A program made the position numbers and the translations under genes. Of a stretch of 64,000 bases of DNA, positions 59,068 to 64,000 are shown piece after piece. The number at the start of each line of letters is the position of its first letter. The stretch's first letter is position 1. The stretch spans positions 32,600-96,599 of the forward strand of contig JBBIIG010000010.1 in NCBI GenBank assembly GCA_037446635.1, given 5' to 3'. The notes below the pieces were generated by a model. The model made no database searches, was not told where the DNA came from, and worked only from the letters and a program-made list of their open reading frames with translations. The DNA comes from a bacterium. GTDB taxonomy: Bacteria; Zhuqueibacterota; Zhuqueibacteria; Oceanimicrobiales; Oceanimicrobiaceae.

Positions 59068-60345
59068 CTACGAGAGCAGCCGACCCTGCTCTTTAAAGAT
59101 TTGCACGAAATTATAAACCTCCGCAAAGGTGTTGTACAGCGGCACCGGCGCGGCGCGAATCACATCCGGCTCGCGCCAGTCGCAAAAGATGCCCGCAGCG
59201 TTGAGTCGATCGTGCAATTGCTTGCCATTCTTTTTCACGCGAATCGAAAGCTGGCAGCCGCGCTGCTGTGGATCGCTGGGCGTGATGATCGAAATATTCT
59301 CATCGTGATTTTGATTTAACAGAAATTCCAGATAGCCGGTGAGCCGCTCGCTTTTTTCGCGCAGCGCGTTCATGCCGACTTCATCGAAAATATCCATCGA
59401 GGCGCGCAACGCTGCTAATTGTAAAATCGGGGGATTGCTCAACTGCCAGCCCTCGGCGCCAGGCATGGCGTCAAACTCAAACGGCATCAGAAAGCGCGTT
59501 TCTTTATTCTGCCCCCACCAGCCAGCGAAGCGGGGGAGATCGAATCGCCGCGCGTGCCTCTCATGGACGAAGCAGCCGGCAATCGCGCCGGGCCCGGCGT
59601 TCAAATATTTGTAGGAGCACCACACGGCAAAATCGACGTCCCAGTCGTGCAGGCTCATCACAATGTTGCCGGCGGCGTGGGCGAGATCGAATCCGACGAT
59701 ACAGCCTTTTTTGTGGCCGGCGTTCGCGATGCGCTCCATTTCAAACGCCTGCCCGCTGTAGTAATTGACGCCGCCCAACAAGATGAGCGCAACGGAATCG
59801 CCCTCACTTTCGATAAACGCTTCAATGTCGTCAGTGCGCAGCGTGGATTCGCCCTTCCGTGGACGAAGCTCCACCAGCGAGGTTTTCGGATCGCGTTGGT
59901 GAAATTTGATCTGCGATTGCACCGCGTACTGATCCGAGGGAAACGCATTGGCCTCGATGACGATTTTATGTCGCTGCGGTGTGGGACGATAAAACGAAAC
60001 CATCATCAAATGCAGATTCACGGTGAGCGAGTTCATCACTACCACTTCGATGGGTTTCGCGCCCACGAGTCGCGCAGTTTGCTCAGCGAGAAACTCGTGA
60101 TAGGGAATCCACGGCTTGCGAGCGCTCAAGTGGCCGCGCACGCCTAACTTCGCCCAATCCTCCAATTCCTGTTCGACGTACTCTCGAACGGTTTTCGGCT
60201 GAAGCCCGAGGGAATTGCCAGAGAAGTAGATGGCATCATCGCCGTTTGGTTTCTTGGGGATGTGAAATTGCTCGCGATATTTTTTGAGGGGGTCGGCGGC
60301 GTCGAGTTCGCGGGCGAAGGATTGAGTGGGTTGATAGTTCAGCAT
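59068..60345 (-). CDS. kynU: Kynureninase
   Basis: GNSLGLQP, FPSDQY, DLAHAAGN, WCSYKYLN (PLP lysine). Confidence 0.95.
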   Translation of the reverse strand: MLNYQPTQSFARELDAADPLKKYREQFHIPKKPNGDDAIYFSGNSLGLQPKTVREYVEQELEDWAKLGVRGHLSARKPWIPYHEFLAEQTARLVGAKPIEVVVMNSLTVNLHLMMVSFYRPTPQRHKIVIEANAFPSDQYAVQSQIKFHQRDPKTSLVELRPRKGESTLRTDDIEAFIESEGDSVALILLGGVNYYSGQAFEMERIANAGHKKGCIVGFDLAHAAGNIVMSLHDWDVDFAVWCSYKYLNAGPGAIAGCFVHERHARRFDLPRFAGWWGQNKETRFLMPFEFDAMPGAEGWQLSNPPILQLAALRASMDIFDEVGMNALREKSERLTGYLEFLLNQNHDENISIITPSDPQQRGCQLSIRVKKNGKQLHDRLNAAGIFCDWREPDVIRAAPVPLYNTFAEVYNFVQIFKEQGRLLS

Positions 60346-60375
60346 AGTCGTTCGCGGTCAGATTTTTCGAGTTCT

Positions 60376-60762
60376 TTAAGAAAATGTGGCAACACTTACT
60401 ATTCGGCCGTCTTCATATTTCTTCTTAGGGAAATGTTTCAGGTTCTTTGTAACCAGAAACTCTGCACGACCGACAAGCGCGGTCTCCAAAAACTTGTTGT
60501 CATCTGGGTCCTTGCACATTCCAGCTAATCCTGTGATCTCGACTGTAGTCGAGAGGTTGCTTATTAGCAGAAGAAAAATATGTACGCTTTCAGGAGTTAT
60601 TTTCTTAGAAAGAGTCAACACACCAGAATACTCTTCGAGAATGGGTGGTGAGACGATCCATTCAAACTCATCACGATAGAAACGCTGGAAAACTTTGAAA
60701 GCGGCCCCTTTACTATTCGCTAATGCGGCGAACACAACATTTGTGTCTATAACCGCCGTCAA
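60376..60762 (-). CDS. PIN-domain toxin (PIN_3-type), possibly truncated by a late frameshift
   Basis: VIDTNV, ILEEY, DPDDNKFLETA, LVTKNLKHF. Confidence 0.88.
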   Translation of the reverse strand: MTAVIDTNVVFAALANSKGAAFKVFQRFYRDEFEWIVSPPILEEYSGVLTLSKKITPESVHIFLLLISNLSTTVEITGLAGMCKDPDDNKFLETALVGRAEFLVTKNLKHFPKKKYEDGRIVSVATFS

Positions 60763-61031
60763 GCTTGCTTTTCCGAATTCTTTTTGAGACGACGATAAGC
60801 GGCGATGTACTCATCAATTTGTTTTCCTGTTAAGCCGCCCGCCTGCTTGATCTCTTTTTGTATTTGTTGAACAATTTCCTCGAAACGAAGTACTTTTTTT
60901 TCATCTTCTGAAAGAAGAGATTTAAGTGCATATTTGAAGGCCTTAGAGTCGTTGCCGCGAAATTTTTTCTGGGAAATTTCTTTGAAACGTGCGGCAAGGT
61001 CGTCGTCAACTTTGAATACTAACTCGGTCAC
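60759..61031 (-). CDS. Probable antitoxin (RHH-like)
   Basis: 90 aa, LVFKVDDDLAARFKEI, 4-nt overlap with the PIN gene, GGAGG RBS. Confidence 0.7.
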   Translation of the reverse strand: MTELVFKVDDDLAARFKEISQKKFRGNDSKAFKYALKSLLSEDEKKVLRFEEIVQQIQKEIKQAGGLTGKQIDEYIAAYRRLKKNSEKQA

Positions 61032-61119
61032 AGTTTTCCTCCAGAATTCGATTTTAAAGAAATATTATAAAAACCAAATGATAAATCAAGTTTAAAAATA
61101 ATCGGCGCTAAAAAATTGC

Positions 61120-61148
61120 TTGCATACGTTGGCAAATTTTGATATATT
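61120..61148 (+). promoter_or_regulatory. tRNA operon promoter
   Basis: TTGCAT, 17 bp, TATATT with TG extension and a GC-rich discriminator. Confidence 0.7.
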
Positions 61149-61166
61149 TACGCCGTCGCAAATCGT

Positions 61167-61239
61167 GCGGGAGTGGCTCAGTTGGTAGAGCATCACCTTG
61201 CCAAGGTGAGGGTCGCGGGTTCGAACCCCGTCTCCCGCT
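61167..61239 (+). tRNA. tRNA-Gly(GCC)
   Basis: Acceptor GCGGGAG/CTCCCGC, anticodon loop TTGCCAA, GGTTCGAA; CCA not encoded. Confidence 0.97.
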
Positions 61240-61249
61240 CAAAGAAGAT

Positions 61250-61278
61250 CAGAGCTGAACAAGCTCTGTTCTTTTTTT
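61250..61278 (+). terminator. Terminator-like hairpin between tRNA-Gly and tRNA-Cys
   Basis: CAGAGCT-GAACA-AGCTCTG-TTCTTTTTTT. Confidence 0.55.
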
Positions 61279-61284
61279 ATGCCC

Positions 61285-61360
61285 GGCGGCGTAGCCAAGT
61301 GGCCAAGGCGGAGGTCTGCAAAACCTCTATTCATCGGTTCGAGTCCGATCGCCGCCTCCA
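61285..61360 (+). tRNA. tRNA-Cys(GCA)
   Basis: GGCGGCG/CGCCGCC, loop CTGCAAA, encoded CCA. Confidence 0.97.
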
Positions 61361-61396
61361 CGATTTCCTAAATCACAACGCATTTTTTAATTCGGC

Positions 61397-61483
61397 GCCG
61401 GGGTGGCGGAATTTGGTAGACGCAAGGGACTTAAAATCCCTCGGAGATTTATCTCCGTGCCGGTTCGAGTCCGGCCCTCGGCA
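61397..61483 (+). tRNA. tRNA-Leu(TAA)
   Basis: Loop CTTAAAA, long variable arm, discriminator A. Confidence 0.96.
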
Positions 61484-61521
61484 CTTGGCCGTGCGAAAAA
61501 TTTGGCTCGCGACACACCCGC

Positions 61522-61605
61522 GCCGGGGTGGCGGAATTGGCAGACGCGCTGGACTCAAAATCCAGTGGACTTCGGTTCGTGAGGGTTCGAGTCCCTCCCC
61601 CGGCA
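61522..61605 (+). tRNA. tRNA-Leu(CAA)
   Basis: Loop CTCAAAA, long variable arm, discriminator A. Confidence 0.96.
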
Positions 61606-61665
61606 CATAGGTCTCTGCTCCTACCTTTCTCCTCTCACCGCCATTAGAAATCGCAACTGCAATTT

Positions 61666-62415
61666 ATGACCAACAAAATTCTTTGTGTCGCGGCGTCCGT
61701 CGCCGCGGGAATTTTATATTTTATCTTAGGAATTGGGCCCTGGCTTTTATTAGGACTGTTCGCTTTAACCCTGATTTTACGCCTCACTGAACGGTTCAAA
61801 AATTCGGGCAAATTCGTTGAAATTTTATTTATTTTTTATTTCATTACCTACGCCATTTATAGTTTAGGGATTTATCACCCCTATTCGTTGATCATCGTTC
61901 TAACGGCGTTGGTGGCGCTGATTTTTTACGAAGGCCCCGAATGGGGCCAACTCTACTTTATCCCGGCTAATACCGCCGCCTATTTTAAAACCGCGATCTT
62001 GTTGAGCATCGCCAGCCTCACTGCATTTGCGGTGACGATCTATTTTCGCTACCCCGAGCTCACGAACCCCGCGCCGCTGCAGTGGCCGTTGGATGCGTTA
62101 ATATTGGTTGGGGTCGGGTTTGCGTTTTATCGCGCGCTGGTGGAAGAAATCATCTTTCGCAGCTTCATCTTCCAGCGCGCCAACTCTGCAGCCGGTGGGG
62201 CCGTCGCGGTTGTTGCACAGGGAGTGATGTACGGTTTGATGCAGTACCGAGTTGGCGTGCCGCCGGGAATCGAAGGACTGACGCTCGGCAGCCTCTACGG
62301 GTTCGGATTGGGGTATTTGGTTTTTAAATCAGAAAGTATTTTTTTAGCTATTTTCGTTCAGTTCGTAGTGACATTAGGAGTTTTTGTGGAATTAATTATT
62401 TTGGGGAGGCTTTAA
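61666..62415 (+). CDS. CPBP (CAAX/Abi) family intramembrane protease homologue
   Basis: Multi-TM, EEIIFR motif; the later His motifs carry Gln. Confidence 0.8.
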   Translation: MTNKILCVAASVAAGILYFILGIGPWLLLGLFALTLILRLTERFKNSGKFVEILFIFYFITYAIYSLGIYHPYSLIIVLTALVALIFYEGPEWGQLYFIPANTAAYFKTAILLSIASLTAFAVTIYFRYPELTNPAPLQWPLDALILVGVGFAFYRALVEEIIFRSFIFQRANSAAGGAVAVVAQGVMYGLMQYRVGVPPGIEGLTLGSLYGFGLGYLVFKSESIFLAIFVQFVVTLGVFVELIILGRL

Positions 62416-62417
62416 CC

Positions 62418-62948
62418 ATTCGCGAGCTAAAGCAGCCGAGTGCGGTAAAATACCTCGCCGCCGTGACCTTTTGCGATGAACAGATTCTCGATGCATCCAA
62501 AACACTGTTGAAAGAGCAGTTTGGCGAATGGGATCTCGAGACCGCCATCTTTGCCTTCGACCATTCAAATTACTATGAAAAAGAAATGGGCGCGAACCTC
62601 TCGAAAAAATTCTTGAGCTTTCAACCATTGGCGCCAAGCGAGCTTTTGATTCAGCGGAAGCTGTTTGCCATCGAGTTGGAAAAGAAATTTTCCGTGAAAG
62701 GCAAGCGCCGCGTCAACATCGATCCGGCGTATCTCGAATTGGCGAAATTAGTGGTTGCAACCACTAAAAACTTCGACCACCGCATTTATCTCGGCAGCGG
62801 AATTTACGGCGACGTGCAACTGCGCTATCGCGGCGGGAAATTCGTCGCCAATGACTGGACCTATCCGGATTACCGCTCGCCGATCGTTTTGAATTTCATC
62901 ACCGAAGTGCGGCGTATTTATTTCAATCAACTCAAAACGCTTTCATGA
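62418..62948 (+). CDS. DUF4416 family protein
   Basis: YYEKEMG, RRVNIDPAYL, ATTKNFDHRIYL, WTYPDY; first canonical start 62463, probable ATT start 62418. Confidence 0.85.
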   Translation: MRELKQPSAVKYLAAVTFCDEQILDASKTLLKEQFGEWDLETAIFAFDHSNYYEKEMGANLSKKFLSFQPLAPSELLIQRKLFAIELEKKFSVKGKRRVNIDPAYLELAKLVVATTKNFDHRIYLGSGIYGDVQLRYRGGKFVANDWTYPDYRSPIVLNFITEVRRIYFNQLKTLS

Positions 62949-63958
62949 CTTCCGTCAGTTACAAAGAAGCCGGCGTGGATCGCGAAAAAGGCGACGCCAT
63001 TAAAGCCGCCATTAAAGAGGCGGCCAGCGGTTCCTTCGATCAAAAAGTAATAAAAGGGCTGGGGTTATTTTCCGGCTTTTACGCTTTGGAGACGAAAGAC
63101 CTTCGCCAGCCAGTGCTGGTCTCCAGCATGGACGGCGTGGGCACGAAAGTCAAAATCGCCCAGATGATGGGCAAATTCGATTCCCTCGGCGAAGATTTGG
63201 TGAACCACTGCGTCAACGATATCATGGTGTGCGGCGCGGACCCATTGTTTTTTTTGGATTACATTGCCGCCGACCGTCTCGAACCGAAGGTGGTCGGCGA
63301 AATTATTCGCGGAATCACCCGCGCCTGCCAGGCCGCCGGCTGCGCGCTGGTGGGAGGGGAGACCGCCGAAATGCCGGGCGTGTATGCGCCAGAAAATTTT
63401 GATTTGGCCGGCGCCATCGTCGGCGTGGTCGAACGTGAGGCCATCATCGACGGGAGTAAAATCACCGCTGGCGACGTTTTAATTGGCGTGGCTTCCAACG
63501 GGCTGCACACCAACGGTTATTCATTGGCGCGAAAAATTTTGTTCGATTTTAAAAAATTCGACCCTAAAAAACATGTTTCGGAGTTGGGCACGCCCCTCGG
63601 CGAAGAGCTGCTGAAAGTTCACCGCAGTTATCGAACTCTTATTCAAAAAATCCGGCGGCTGCCGGGACTGCACGGCATTTCCCACGTCACCGGCGGCGGC
63701 ATCGTGGACAACACCCGGCGCTTGCTTGCCGAAAATCATGATCTCCAGATCAATTGGGAGGCGTGGAAAACGCCCGCGGTTTTCAAATTGATCCAAAAAG
63801 CAGGTTCGGTTGCGGCGGCGGAAATGCAGCAAGTTTTCAATTTGGGAATAGGTTTGGTTTTGATCGTGGATAAAAGAGAAACACAAACTTTTTTGACGGC
63901 TTGCAAGCAGGCGAGCGAACCGGCGGTGGTAATCGGTTCGATTGTCCAAAAGGAGTAA
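62945..63958 (+). CDS. purM: Phosphoribosylformylglycinamidine cyclo-ligase (AIR synthase)
   Basis: YKEAGVD, DGVGTK, GGETAEMP, SNGLHTNGYSL, HVTGGG. Confidence 0.97.
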   Translation: MTSVSYKEAGVDREKGDAIKAAIKEAASGSFDQKVIKGLGLFSGFYALETKDLRQPVLVSSMDGVGTKVKIAQMMGKFDSLGEDLVNHCVNDIMVCGADPLFFLDYIAADRLEPKVVGEIIRGITRACQAAGCALVGGETAEMPGVYAPENFDLAGAIVGVVEREAIIDGSKITAGDVLIGVASNGLHTNGYSLARKILFDFKKFDPKKHVSELGTPLGEELLKVHRSYRTLIQKIRRLPGLHGISHVTGGGIVDNTRRLLAENHDLQINWEAWKTPAVFKLIQKAGSVAAAEMQQVFNLGIGLVLIVDKRETQTFLTACKQASEPAVVIGSIVQKE

Positions 63959-63963
63959 TTGAC

Positions 63964-64000
63964 GTGGCGCGGTTATCGGTCATCGGCGCAGGAAGTTGGG
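63964..64000 (+). CDS. gpsA: Start of NAD(P)H-dependent glycerol-3-phosphate dehydrogenase (partial)
   Basis: AGGAG RBS then GTG: MARLSVIGAGSW, a Rossmann start typical of GpsA; only 12 codons visible. Confidence 0.6.
   Translation, partial: MARLSVIGAGSW

Noticed and set aside
60376..61605. TA pair beside tRNAs as an integrated island
   Set aside because: It lies upstream of and divergent from the tRNAs; no integrase or duplicated tRNA 3' end seen
61173..61610. 145-aa and 77-aa ORFs over the tRNA cluster
   Set aside because: Coincide with four canonical tRNA genes

Overview
Core chromosomal segment of a diderm, moderately GC-rich bacterium. A Por/T9SS-type C-terminal sorting domain, a DGGGP-synthase-like UbiA and the gene order suggest the FCB superphylum, e.g. 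KSB1/Calditrichota-like; this is inference. Order of contents: smc; a DUF433/PIN toxin-antitoxin pair with a frameshifted toxin; a ~17 kb MSHA-like type IV pilus locus (small MerR-type HTH, prepilin peptidase, soluble histidine kinase, receiver, PilB/MshE, sigma54 activator, PilC, major and minor pilins, an antisense beta-propeller gene with an adjacent MITE, a large Big_1 Ig-repeat protein and a beta-barrel); an M23 peptidase; pyrRBC with pyruvoyl arginine decarboxylase and agmatinase; rplM-rpsI-rpsB-tsf-pyrH-frr; an envelope operon (NHL protein, 1147-aa OM protein, BamA/TamA family, DGGGPS-like UbiA, dtd, maf, rodZ-like, mpl, double-R3H protein); a minus-strand GT2 x3/methyltransferase/radical SAM/flippase/deacetylase cluster followed by TIR and PHP genes; larA-like, NlpC/P60, M24, rlmD, murB, kmo-kynU, a second PIN TA pair, four tRNAs, CPBP, DUF4416, purM and the start of gpsA. 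The most interesting signal is non-coding. Sigma28-like promoters precede the pilus assembly genes, the sigma54 activator and the Ig-repeat gene, while the major pilin has a consensus sigma54 promoter with four candidate enhancer sites, suggesting a sigma28 -> activator -> sigma54 -> pilin cascade. Also notable: NrdR-like boxes at the smc promoter, frr lacking a canonical start for its N-terminal helix, and a MITE/REP-like family with covarying hairpins. No CRISPR array, rRNA, prophage or transposase was seen. All family calls are by motif recognition, not database search.
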